A stretch of 55,830 bases of DNA, taken from positions 1 to 55,830 of IMG/VR virus record IMGVR_UViG_3300020438_000050; one strand, given 5' to 3'. Under the pieces are notes generated by a model that was given only the letters and a program-made list of their open reading frames with translations, ran no database searches and had not been told where the DNA came from. Made by a program: the position numbers and the translations under genes. The stretch comes from a virus (Duplodnaviria; Caudoviricetes). Below are positions 10,501 to 18,737 of the stretch, in pieces (within the stretch, counting starts at the first letter, position 1; each line of letters opens with the position of its first letter).

Positions 10501-10968
10501 AGTTGTAATAGCTTCACCATTCCATTCTAAAATACCCAACTTTGTGTTTAGTGTATCAAACCACCAAGCACCGTCTGCTGGTTCGCCGCCTGGTGCAGTT
10601 GCACTTGCAGCAAGTTCTGATAAATCTAAGTCTGCTCTTACAACATATGCTCTGTTAGATACGCCAAGTAATGAGTATGCAGTATTAAGTCCATATTCAT
10701 TTAGCTCTCCTCCATGAACCATGTTGCCGTTTGCATCCGATTCAAATAATGCATCTCCAAACAAGTCGCCTAATTCTCTTTGACTTGTTACGAGATATGG
10801 TTTGCCAGCATTTGCTGCCAATGTTCCTTGTGCAATGCCGCTGCCAGATGCCTTTGTTTTATTTGTCGCTGTTGTGACAAATACCATTGGAACTGTAGCT
10901 GCTGCCCCTGGTGTGTAGAAGCTCTCGTCAATTACATTGACTTCTACTCCTGGTGATACTAGTGCCAT
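7594..10968 (-). CDS. gp18: Contractile tail sheath protein (gp18-like) with large insertions
   Basis: N-terminal LVSPGVEVNVIDES; C-terminal PWFAPAGTRRG, INPI, FGQKT, DRVNVARL, LFEPND, CDESNNTP, IEPVKAIEFIYI. Start revised to ATG 10968 with SD AGGAG. Confidence 0.93.
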   Translation of the reverse strand: MALVSPGVEVNVIDESFYTPGAAATVPMVFVTTATNKTKASGSGIAQGTLAANAGKPYLVTSQRELGDLFGDALFESDANGNMVHGGELNEYGLNTAYSLLGVSNRAYVVRADLDLSELAASATAPGGEPADGAWWFDTLNTKLGILEWNGEAITTSGGQSFTAVTTKVITETTDLVGNVATGIPKGSVGAIGDFALNAAADSNKLYYKASGNATGVTAGEWVTVGSNKWMASHATVKGTSRNPTLVNGDEIVINTVTVTLAGTTIANLASDINGAGITGVSAAAVDGVLEIYGDSTATSNGSDADGKIVVGGGQGSLTGLADSAAGGLGIENGTYSVPRLTIAPHTSVPTYKTGDTTPAPTGSLWIKTTVPNGGANWRVKQYSTDTQLWNNVNAPLYTSNQSALMALDKTGGGENLLADDLYIRVNIDEETPTVANYKIHYRAAVGATSIVSDKIVSQLTAGTKAFTIAETVKNSATLASKAVTNVVINGTTADADTIAGAINAANFTNVVSYVNAQNRVVIEHKLGGDFRIIDTDGLLNEMGFAGLTANESNRDLATANLYVAPTGDATHSLVASNWKPLTYTASPAEPLALTSDGQRWYSSTVDDVDIMIHNGTTWVGYQNYNADYADTDPSGPIVSASKPTKQSDTTPLVDGDIWVSTADLENYPLVYRYNGTSTDWVLVDKSDQTTEAGMLFADARWSTSGGSAAGPYAAAAIVDLLDNDYLDPDAPDPALYPKGMLLWNTRRSGFNVKKFVLNSIDVAGSNQRFEVDDPQSSDPADVIDQPMGSYYPHRWVTDSGNNADGSGTFGRHAQRKSVVQALQAMVNSNQDIRDEESRQFNLVATPGYPELIGEMVTLNYDRRLTAFVVGDTPLRLTPDATSLNEWANNVRGALEDNDLGGVSKDEYLGMYYPAGFSSDNFGNNVVVPASHMALRTLVLNDQVAFPWFAPAGTRRGGVTNASSSGFINAEGEFVGVALNTGQRDTLYSAQINPITFISGAGLVVFGQKTRARNASALDRVNVARLVVYLRGQLELLARPYLFEPNDKITRDQIKSAADQLLIELVGLRALYDFLVVCDESNNTPARVDRNELYLDIAIEPVKAIEFIYIPLRLKNTGEIAALG

Positions 10969-11080
10969 GTTTTGTTCTCCTGTTGGAATTATGTTTCGCT
11001 GTATGTATTTAGCTATCCAGAACAAAATCATAGCTATAATTAGCTAAAAAAAGGGATAAAAAAGGTGAGGTAAATACAAT

Positions 11081-11416
11081 ATGAGACCTTTATGCCAATG
11101 CGGTGAAAGACCGGCCGCTATAAATTATAAAAAGAATAACAGAACTTACTATAGAAAGCTATGTGAGATTTGTTTGAAGCACGGTTTAGGGCACGGTATT
11201 CCAAAATGGAAACAACGTGGTTATGAAAAGAAAACTGAATGTGAAAAGTGCGGGTTCAAATCAAAACACGAAGAACAATTTAATGTATTTCATATTGACG
11301 GTGATTTAAATAACTGTCGACCTAATAATCTAAAAACTATTTGTGCTAACTGTCAGCGCATTATGCAAAAAGACGGCGTTCATTGGAAGCAGGGAGACTT
11401 ACGTCCTGATTTTTAA
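11081..11416 (+). CDS. HNH-like zinc-finger protein
   Basis: Four CxxC-type pairs; VFHIDGDLNNCRPNNLKTICANC HNH-like signature; GGTAAATA 4 nt upstream. Confidence 0.75.
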   Translation: MRPLCQCGERPAAINYKKNNRTYYRKLCEICLKHGLGHGIPKWKQRGYEKKTECEKCGFKSKHEEQFNVFHIDGDLNNCRPNNLKTICANCQRIMQKDGVHWKQGDLRPDF

Positions 11417-11906
11417 AAATAGTCTTAATTAAAATATCTACGTTTTGCTCTAGTCTTTTTAAGTCTCCGTTATTATCAATAGTGTAGTCACACATCCACT
11501 GTTCAATACTCATTGAACTAGAATCTTCAGAGGGCAAATGATCTGTCCTATCAACCCAAATTGCATAGTCGAATAGTTCTTCATTTTGCATAGCAAAGAA
11601 TTCACGCTTGTTACGCAGGCCGCAGTATATATCGTGTTTAGCAAATAAGTTACGCCCTAATTTAGCTAAATCATCTTTGCAATAGTTATGAATCATATTA
11701 TACCATTCTGTTCGATGATTATGCCTGTCAGCATAACATGCTTCTTCATCTTTATAATTGTATTGATCTTTAAGATCATTAAAGATAAAAAGTTCAGAAC
11801 AGAACTTACTACTAGATTGAAAAGAATAATTGTAATTTTCAAGTAATTCGCAAACAGTGTCTTTACCGTGTCTGCCGTGTCCTACAATTAATAGTTTGGG
11901 TAGCAA
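11361..11906 (-). CDS. Deoxynucleoside monophosphate kinase (T4 gp1-like)
   Basis: N-terminal P-loop GHGRHGKDT, GLRNKRE, DYTIDNNGDL; TTG start with SD AAGGAG. Confidence 0.75.
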   Translation of the reverse strand: MLPKLLIVGHGRHGKDTVCELLENYNYSFQSSSKFCSELFIFNDLKDQYNYKDEEACYADRHNHRTEWYNMIHNYCKDDLAKLGRNLFAKHDIYCGLRNKREFFAMQNEELFDYAIWVDRTDHLPSEDSSSMSIEQWMCDYTIDNNGDLKRLEQNVDILIKTIFKNQDVSLPASNERRLFA

Positions 11907-11932
11907 AGGATTCTCCTTAAAGTATACTGTGT

Positions 11933-11961
11933 AGTATAGCTTAGTTTTAAGAAGTTGTCAA
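11933..11961 (-). promoter_or_regulatory. Sigma70-type early promoter for the dNMP kinase
   Basis: TTGACA-17 nt-TATACT on the minus strand. Confidence 0.8.
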
Positions 11962-11968
11962 GTGTTTT

Positions 11969-12727
11969 TTAACCAATTACAAAACTATAGCCAACGCCGC
12001 CTGGTACAGCTAGTGATACTTCTTGTTCTAACTTGTCCATTTCTTGTTGCGCTTCTGCTTTTAATGTATCGCCATTAAGAGTTGATCCACCTTGTGGGCC
12101 TGCAATAGTTGCAAACTTTGAACGTGCTTCCCCTAACATATATTTGCAAGCTGCTAGTGTATAGTCTTTAATCCATTGTGATGCTAAGTAGTCGTTTAAT
12201 AGCTCGTTATCGGGACGATAATTGTATGCATACAATAATATTTCCTCTTCAGCTCTTGGACGTTGTAATAATGTTAATTTTTTGCTCGTTGGGTTCCATT
12301 TAAATTCAATAAAACTGCCGAACATTCTGCCAACAAGTTCTTGATGCTGTGAAAACATATCGTAAGTTGCTAGGCCGCCCATTTTAGAACCAGATAACAA
12401 ATAAGTGTTTGTATATGCTAAATTAAACGGTTCAAATAAACTGCCACCATCTCCACCGCCTGATCTAGAACCTATACTTCTACGGAATAACTTACGAATT
12501 TCCATAACTTCGTTAGGTAATATATATTCGTTTTGGTCTACTACCGTTGTTAAAAACATATACGATTCTTCAACACTGTTATCACTACGTTGTCTAAACC
12601 TAGAAAGTGCCTTATCTAATGCAGTTTTATAATGTATTGGATCAAGTTCAACATCAATCATTCCTCCGCCAAGGAATGTGTTTACATAATCATATACTTC
12701 TTGTTTTTGTGTTGCTAGTTCTGCCAT
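11969..12727 (-). CDS. gp13: Neck protein (gp13-like head-tail adaptor)
   Basis: LGGGMIDVELD, WIKDYTLA, RSKFATIAGPQGGSTLNG, terminal FVIG. Confidence 0.85.
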   Translation of the reverse strand: MAELATQKQEVYDYVNTFLGGGMIDVELDPIHYKTALDKALSRFRQRSDNSVEESYMFLTTVVDQNEYILPNEVMEIRKLFRRSIGSRSGGGDGGSLFEPFNLAYTNTYLLSGSKMGGLATYDMFSQHQELVGRMFGSFIEFKWNPTSKKLTLLQRPRAEEEILLYAYNYRPDNELLNDYLASQWIKDYTLAACKYMLGEARSKFATIAGPQGGSTLNGDTLKAEAQQEMDKLEQEVSLAVPGGVGYSFVIG

Positions 12728-12744
12728 ACAAGTTCTCCGTATAG

Positions 12745-12760
12745 TATTTATCGATAAATA
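12745..12760. promoter_or_regulatory. Palindromic back-to-back late promoters TATTTATCGATAAATA
   Basis: Perfect 16-bp palindrome made of two outward-facing GATAAATA boxes, between divergent genes. Confidence 0.8.
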
Positions 12761-12765
12761 TATAT

Positions 12766-13935
12766 ATGCCGAGAATATCTTTATATAAACCAGAACGCGG
12801 AAACGATTACAACTTCTTAGATAAACAAATCCAAGAGATGTTTACTGTTGGCGGAACTGATATTAACATACACAAATACTTAGGTACTGAAGTGCCGTCA
12901 GATGACGACAGAAGTGCTACACAGCCAGAATATGATGCTGTTGCAGAAACTAATATTCAAGATTTATTGTTCTTAGAAAATCGTGACAGGAAATATGATC
13001 CTGACATTTATACAATGCGAGCAATATATAATGTACAAGATATAGATTTTGATTTAAGCCAGTTTGGTATGTTTCTTAGCAATGACACATTGTTTATGAC
13101 CATACATATTAACAGTAGTGTAAAAACACTTGGCAGAAAAATTATGAGCGGTGATGTAATTGAATTACCGCATTTAAAAGATGAATACGCTCTTAATGAT
13201 GCTGCTTTTGCATTGAAAAGATTTTATGTGGTAGACGATGTTAATCGTGCAGCAGAAGGATTTTCACAAACTTGGTATCCACATTTATATAGACTGAAAT
13301 TAAAGCAAATAGTAGACTCGCAAGAATTTGCAGAAATATTAGATTTACCTGCAGAAGAAGGTAGTGATAATACATTACGCGATTTATTATCAACATACGA
13401 AAAAGAAATGCAAATTTCAAATGCAGTAGTTGCACAAGCAGAAGCTGATGCTCCTAAAAGCGGCTTTGATATTAGTCATTATTATTCTTTAGCAACAAAC
13501 GAGGACGGAAGTGTTGCATTGCGTACTGCTGACCAAGGCGATATCGATGCATCAAATGTTAATACAAATGCAGACGAAGTTACTGATAGACCTGATAGAT
13601 CCGGGTATACAGGATATCTAGTAGGTCAAGGAGACAATGCGCCAAACGGAGCACCTTTTGGTTTTGGTATTAAGTTTCCTGTAGATCATCAAGAAGGTGA
13701 TTATTTTTTACGTACAGATTTCCTACCAAATAGAATGTTTAAATATGACGGTATAAGATGGGTTAAAGTAGAAGATGATATTAGAATGACTCTAAGTAAT
13801 ACACTACAACGTCAAACGTATAAAACAGAATTTATTAATAATACTAATACAAATAACATAGACGGTGAAGTTGTAGAAGAAAGACAAAGCTTATCTAAAG
13901 CATTGCGCCCACGTACACCAGAGGCAGATAACTAA
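12766..13935 (+). CDS. gp14: Neck/head-closure protein (gp14-like) with C-terminal extension
   Basis: QDLLFLENRDRKY, LSQFGMFL, GDVIELPHL; located between gp13-like and gp15-like genes. Confidence 0.65.
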   Translation: MPRISLYKPERGNDYNFLDKQIQEMFTVGGTDINIHKYLGTEVPSDDDRSATQPEYDAVAETNIQDLLFLENRDRKYDPDIYTMRAIYNVQDIDFDLSQFGMFLSNDTLFMTIHINSSVKTLGRKIMSGDVIELPHLKDEYALNDAAFALKRFYVVDDVNRAAEGFSQTWYPHLYRLKLKQIVDSQEFAEILDLPAEEGSDNTLRDLLSTYEKEMQISNAVVAQAEADAPKSGFDISHYYSLATNEDGSVALRTADQGDIDASNVNTNADEVTDRPDRSGYTGYLVGQGDNAPNGAPFGFGIKFPVDHQEGDYFLRTDFLPNRMFKYDGIRWVKVEDDIRMTLSNTLQRQTYKTEFINNTNTNNIDGEVVEERQSLSKALRPRTPEADN

Positions 13936-15344
13936 TGTTACATTTTTATGACGGACAAATAAGAAGATACACAACACAAATGATGCGTATTTTAAGCAAC
14001 TTTCCAGTTAAGGATGGTAAAGGTAAAACTAAAGAAGTGCCTGTAACATACGGCGATTTATCAAGACAAGTTGCAAATATTATTAGAGAAAATTCAGAAA
14101 ACAAAATTCCTAGTGCGCCGCGTATCGCAGTGTATCTTACTGGGCTGGAATTAGATAGAGATAGATTAACTGATGCAACATATACTAGATCAGTAAACAT
14201 ACGTGAACGAGCATATGACGAAACGACTGACGAATATTTAAACTATCAAGGAAAGAATTATACGGTAGAACGATTAATACCAACTCCGTATATGATGAGA
14301 GTAAATGCTGATATATGGGCTACAAATACTGATCAAAAATTACAACTACTTGAACAAATACTTGTGTTGTTTAATCCAAGTTTAGAAATGCAAACTACAG
14401 ATAATTTTATTGACTGGACAAGTATTACTGTTGTAAATTTAGAAAACGTACAATGGTCAAATAGAAGTGTACCTGTAGGAGTTGATAGTGAAATTGATAT
14501 TGCTACACTTACTTTTAGTATCCCAATATACATTAGTCCTCCGACTAAAGTTAAGAAAATGGGGGTTATTACCAATATTATAACAAGCATGTTTGACGAA
14601 ACTAGAGGTACTATCGAAGATGGTGTAAGTGGGCCTATTACAAATGCAGGCACTGACTTCTTATCAGGACTCACAGGAGGCGATAAAAATCGTAAAGCAC
14701 AAACTGCTGTAGCAAAGGAACTAGCAAACGTAAACTATAAACAATACGGTTTATACCTAGAAACATCGTGTGCGCAATTAATTAATAACGGTGTTGTTGG
14801 AATGAAGAGTTGGAATGAAATATTTGAAGCACTTCCAGGAACATATATGGCAGACGTTAGTAGAATATATGTAAACAATAATGAAAATAGTAATACAATT
14901 ACAGGCACGTTTGTACATAATCCGTTTGACGAAGGTAAACTAGAAATAAATTGGGACATGGATAGTTTTCCAAGTGACACTATTATAGATGGTAGAACTA
15001 CCATAGATTACATTATAAATCCAACTAACTTTAATCCGTCTTCGATAAAATCTTCAGGTTTAAGGTTATTACTATTAGAAAGTATTGGTGATCAAACTAC
15101 TGGATCAGGAGCATCGGCTTGGAAAAATGCTGATAATACTAACTTAGTTGCAAGCGCAAATGATATAATTGAGTGGGATGGAAACAAATGGAATATTGTG
15201 TTTGATTCTAGCACTGCTACATCTACAACTTACACAACTAATTTAAACACAAGCGTTCAATACAGATTTAGAGATAACGAATGGCTACTTAGTATAGATG
15301 GCGAGTATCCAATTGGTACATGGAGAATATCACTAACGGGCTAA
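13935..15344 (+). CDS. gp15: Tail sheath stabiliser/terminator (gp15-like) with C-terminal extension
   Basis: HFYDGQIRRY, VPVTYG, PTPY, QLLEQILVLFNP, LTFSIPIYISPP. Confidence 0.8.
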   Translation: MLHFYDGQIRRYTTQMMRILSNFPVKDGKGKTKEVPVTYGDLSRQVANIIRENSENKIPSAPRIAVYLTGLELDRDRLTDATYTRSVNIRERAYDETTDEYLNYQGKNYTVERLIPTPYMMRVNADIWATNTDQKLQLLEQILVLFNPSLEMQTTDNFIDWTSITVVNLENVQWSNRSVPVGVDSEIDIATLTFSIPIYISPPTKVKKMGVITNIITSMFDETRGTIEDGVSGPITNAGTDFLSGLTGGDKNRKAQTAVAKELANVNYKQYGLYLETSCAQLINNGVVGMKSWNEIFEALPGTYMADVSRIYVNNNENSNTITGTFVHNPFDEGKLEINWDMDSFPSDTIIDGRTTIDYIINPTNFNPSSIKSSGLRLLLLESIGDQTTGSGASAWKNADNTNLVASANDIIEWDGNKWNIVFDSSTATSTTYTTNLNTSVQYRFRDNEWLLSIDGEYPIGTWRISLTG

Positions 15345-15352
15345 TTATATGT

Positions 15353-15805
15353 ATGACAGATATGATTACATGTAGTGGAGCACTATTCTATACTTTAGAT
15401 ACAAATAGATTTCTTTTTTTACATAGAGCAAACGGCAAACGTAATAACATGTGGGGGCTAGTTGGCGGCACAAATGAAGGATTAGAAACACCATTCGAAG
15501 GTTTAACAAGAGAGATAGAAGAAGAAATTGGCTTTTTGCCAGACATTAAAAAAACTTTGCCTTTAGAAAGTTTTATAAGTGCAGATAGTAAATTTTATTT
15601 CCACACATATCTTTGCGTTGTCCAATCTGAATTTATACCTACCCTTAATAACGAACATGACGGTTATGCATGGAGTGCATTTACCAAATGGCCAAAACCA
15701 TTACATTTTGGTTTACGCAATACATTACAAAGTAAAGTAAATTTAAATAAATTAGAAACTGTATTCCAAACCATAAATTTACTTGACATATCGCATCAAA
15801 CGTAG
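15353..15805 (+). CDS. Nudix hydrolase
   Basis: Nudix box GGTNEGLETPFEGLTREIEEEIG and LNNEHDGYAW. Start revised to ATG 15353, 5 nt after GCTAATTA. Confidence 0.88.
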   Translation: MTDMITCSGALFYTLDTNRFLFLHRANGKRNNMWGLVGGTNEGLETPFEGLTREIEEEIGFLPDIKKTLPLESFISADSKFYFHTYLCVVQSEFIPTLNNEHDGYAWSAFTKWPKPLHFGLRNTLQSKVNLNKLETVFQTINLLDISHQT

Positions 15806-15811
15806 TATAAT
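15783..15811 (+). promoter_or_regulatory. Consensus sigma70 promoter for the heptose operon
   Basis: TTGACA(15783-15788)-17 nt-TATAAT(15806-15811); ATG follows after 6 nt with no SD. Confidence 0.85.
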
Positions 15812-15817
15812 ATAAAG

Positions 15818-16957
15818 ATGAAAGTATTAGTTCTTGGTGACATAATCATCGACAAGTATATCTACGGTACTAGTTCACGCATTAGTCCCGAAGCCCCCGT
15901 TCCTGTAATTACATACAAGAGCGAAGTTGAAACACTTGGAGGGGCAGGACTTGTATATGAGAATCTTAAAAGTTTAGGAGTTGATGTTACATTATTTAAA
16001 ACAAATCAACCACGTAGTATTAAGACACGTATAATATGTGACGGTCATTACATAACCCGTATAGACAACGATAAACATGCAAATTCAAACGTAGTTTTAG
16101 ATGAAGTATTATGTAGTGATTTTTCTAAGTATGATTATGTAGTACTAAGTGATTATAACAAAGGTGTTCTAGATGAATCTTTAAAAATTATAGAACATAT
16201 TAATAAATTTGGTTGTAAAATTATTGTAGACCCTAAAGAACATGCAACTCAGTACAAAAACGCATGGTTAGTAAAACCTAATAATAGTGAATTTACTAAG
16301 TTTGGATTTAGTGATTGGAATGGCAATATCATTACTACTAATGCCAGTGATAATGTAGTTGCTTGTATAGACGATGTTGATTATAATCTTCCTGTTGCAC
16401 AAGTAGAAGTATCAGATGTTACAGGAGCAGGCGATTGTTTCTTAGCAGCATTTGTATATGGCTTAACTAAAAGTTATGATTATATGAAATGTTTAGAGAT
16501 TGCTATAAAAGGTTCTAGATGTGCAGTACAGCACGTAGGCACATATACACTAGCGCACAATGATATTGAAGAGCGTGTAATTTTTACAAATGGTGTGTTT
16601 GATATTATGCACACAGGACATTTTAATTTACTAAAAGAAGCACGTAGTTTAGGCGATAGACTTGTTGTGGGTATAAACTCAGATGCAAGTGTAAAACGTC
16701 TAAAGGGCAATAATCGCCCAGTAAACAACATAAAAAAACGTGTTGAACAAATATCTATATTACCATGGGTAGACGAAGTTCACGTTTTTGAACAAGATAC
16801 TCCTTATGAGTTAATTAAACATATAGCACCTAACTTAATTGTAAAAGGTGGTGACTATACTGTTGAAACCGTAGTAGGACATAATTTAGCTGATGTACAT
16901 ATTATACCTACAGTGGATGGATATTCAACAACACAGATTATAGAGAACAGCAAATGA
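15818..16957 (+). CDS. hldE: Bifunctional heptose-7-phosphate kinase / heptose-1-phosphate nucleotidyltransferase
   Basis: RISPEAPVPV, LSDYNKG, DVTGAGD (PfkB kinase); TNGVFDIMHTGH, GINSDASVKRLKG, KGGDY, STTQII (nucleotidyltransferase). Confidence 0.93.
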   Translation: MKVLVLGDIIIDKYIYGTSSRISPEAPVPVITYKSEVETLGGAGLVYENLKSLGVDVTLFKTNQPRSIKTRIICDGHYITRIDNDKHANSNVVLDEVLCSDFSKYDYVVLSDYNKGVLDESLKIIEHINKFGCKIIVDPKEHATQYKNAWLVKPNNSEFTKFGFSDWNGNIITTNASDNVVACIDDVDYNLPVAQVEVSDVTGAGDCFLAAFVYGLTKSYDYMKCLEIAIKGSRCAVQHVGTYTLAHNDIEERVIFTNGVFDIMHTGHFNLLKEARSLGDRLVVGINSDASVKRLKGNNRPVNNIKKRVEQISILPWVDEVHVFEQDTPYELIKHIAPNLIVKGGDYTVETVVGHNLADVHIIPTVDGYSTTQIIENSK

Positions 16958-17772
16958 AAATATTAGTTACAGGACACAAAGGATTTATTGGATCAAACGT
17001 TGCAAAATATCTGCAACGCAAAGGCCATGATGTAGAAGGTTGGGATTATATTCCTGGTACAATACCTGATCCGAGTGGATACGATTGGGTTATACATCTA
17101 GGTGCAATTACTTCTACAACGTTTACAAACGTAGAAGAAATTATGGAAACAAATTTTGAATTTAGCGTTAGGCTTGCACAAACTTGTGATATGATGGGTG
17201 TTAATATGCAATATGCTTCTAGCGCAAGTGTGTATGGACCCACTACGCATTTTATTGAGCATGGTCCATTACAACCTCAATCACCTTATGCATGGACAAA
17301 GTACCTATTTGATAGATTTGTAATGCAACTTAAGGATGAATTTCAAATAAACATACAAGGTTTTAGATATTTTAATGTATACGGAGAAGGTGAAGAACAC
17401 AAAGGCGATCAAGCAAGTCCTTATACTAAATTTGCATATCAAGCCAAAGACAATGGTGTAATTAAATTATTTGAAGATAGTAATAACTATCGTAGAGATT
17501 TTATATGTGTTGATGATGTGTGTAAAGTACACGAAGCAATGTTAGATATTAATAGTTCTGACATATACAATGTAGGTACAGGACGTTCTGTGAGCTTTGA
17601 ATCTGTAGCACAGGCTATTGTTAACAAGCATGGCGGCAATATAGAATATGTGCCGATGCCAGAAAACATAAAATCACAGTATCAAGAATTTACATGTGCA
17701 AAAATGGATAAACTAAATTCAGTATTGGACATAGATTGGATTAACATAGAGGATTATATACATGGCAAGTAG
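16954..17772 (+). CDS. hldD: ADP-L-glycero-D-manno-heptose 6-epimerase (extended SDR)
   Basis: TGHKGFIGS, HLGAITSTT, YASSASVYG, YAWTK, RYFNVYGEGEEHKG, YQEFTCA; operon context. Confidence 0.85.
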   Translation: MKILVTGHKGFIGSNVAKYLQRKGHDVEGWDYIPGTIPDPSGYDWVIHLGAITSTTFTNVEEIMETNFEFSVRLAQTCDMMGVNMQYASSASVYGPTTHFIEHGPLQPQSPYAWTKYLFDRFVMQLKDEFQINIQGFRYFNVYGEGEEHKGDQASPYTKFAYQAKDNGVIKLFEDSNNYRRDFICVDDVCKVHEAMLDINSSDIYNVGTGRSVSFESVAQAIVNKHGGNIEYVPMPENIKSQYQEFTCAKMDKLNSVLDIDWINIEDYIHGK

Positions 17773-18154
17773 ACTTTCAGGAACAGTAGAAAAAGGTTGG
17801 GGCATAGAATTAATTTGGGCTACTAATGATTTATACTGTGGTAAGCTTATGGTATTTAATAAGCCCGGTGCTAAATTTTCAATGCATTTTCATAAAGAAA
17901 AAGATGAAACATGGTTTGTTAATGAAGGCAGATTTATGGTAAGATGGATAGATACTAAAACAGCAGAGTTGTTCTCACAAGAACTAAAGCCGGGGGATAC
18001 ATGGCATAATCCTCCATTACAACCTCATCAGCTGACAGCTATTACAGCAGGAACTATTACTGAGGTTAGTACTGCTGATTCAGTTGAAGATAATTATAGA
18101 GTCTTTCCAGGTGATAGCCAGAAGGTAGAAAATGAGCCGATACAACCATCTTAA
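17762..18154 (+). CDS. Cupin-fold sugar isomerase-like protein
   Basis: KGWGIE, SMHFHKEKDETW, PLQPHQL, EVST...DNYRV cupin metal motifs. Confidence 0.75.
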   Translation: MASRLSGTVEKGWGIELIWATNDLYCGKLMVFNKPGAKFSMHFHKEKDETWFVNEGRFMVRWIDTKTAELFSQELKPGDTWHNPPLQPHQLTAITAGTITEVSTADSVEDNYRVFPGDSQKVENEPIQPS

Positions 18155-18737
18155 AAATTCTCAACACACTATAGATAATTTTAAAAAAAGCGTTGTAGGA
18201 TTAGATAGAGACGGCGTTATAAATTTAGATCGTGGTACATATACTTGGAAAAAAGAAGACTTTGAGCCTATACCAAAATCTATAGAAGCTGTGTCTTTGA
18301 TTCGACAAAAGGGTCACAAAGTTGTAATAATTACAAATCAAGCCGGCATACACAAAGGACTATATACAGAGGATGATGTAAACACTTTACATCATTACAT
18401 GCTTGACTTATTTGGTCAAGCAGGATGTCCTAGTATAGACGGAATATATTTTAGTGCATCTAATGTAAAACAAGATCCGTTTGCAAAACCTAACGTAGGT
18501 ATGTTTAAAAAAGCAGCCACGGATATTAAAAATTTAAATTGGTCTACAGGATATTATGTAGGTGATAAAATTACTGATTTAAAAGCTGCATTCAAGGTAA
18601 AAGCAACACCTATACTTGTGCGCACAGGTCACGGTGTTGAAACTGAAGAACTATTAAGTAGTAGACATTCTTACAGACCTATTAAAAAACAAACACAAGT
18701 TTATAATAACTTGTGGGATTTTGCACAGGCTCTTTAG
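18132..18737 (+). CDS. gmhB: D,D-heptose 1,7-bisphosphate phosphatase (HAD)
   Basis: LDRDGVIN, ITNQAGI, KPNVGM, VGDKITD, LVRTGHG; lacks the zinc-binding Cys motif of E. coli GmhB. Confidence 0.85.
   Translation: MSRYNHLKNSQHTIDNFKKSVVGLDRDGVINLDRGTYTWKKEDFEPIPKSIEAVSLIRQKGHKVVIITNQAGIHKGLYTEDDVNTLHHYMLDLFGQAGCPSIDGIYFSASNVKQDPFAKPNVGMFKKAATDIKNLNWSTGYYVGDKITDLKAAFKVKATPILVRTGHGVETEELLSSRHSYRPIKKQTQVYNNLWDFAQAL

Noticed and set aside
6773-11031. ORF-track starts at 6790, 7553 and 11031
   Set aside because: These extensions run across the late promoter/SD; downstream ATGs at 6772, 7520 and 10968 fit the signals better.
15818-18737. Heptose operon as bacterial contamination or a prophage-host junction
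   Set aside because: Its promoter lies inside the phage Nudix gene, gmhB overlaps the next phage gene's stop, composition looks similar and phage genes flank both sides.
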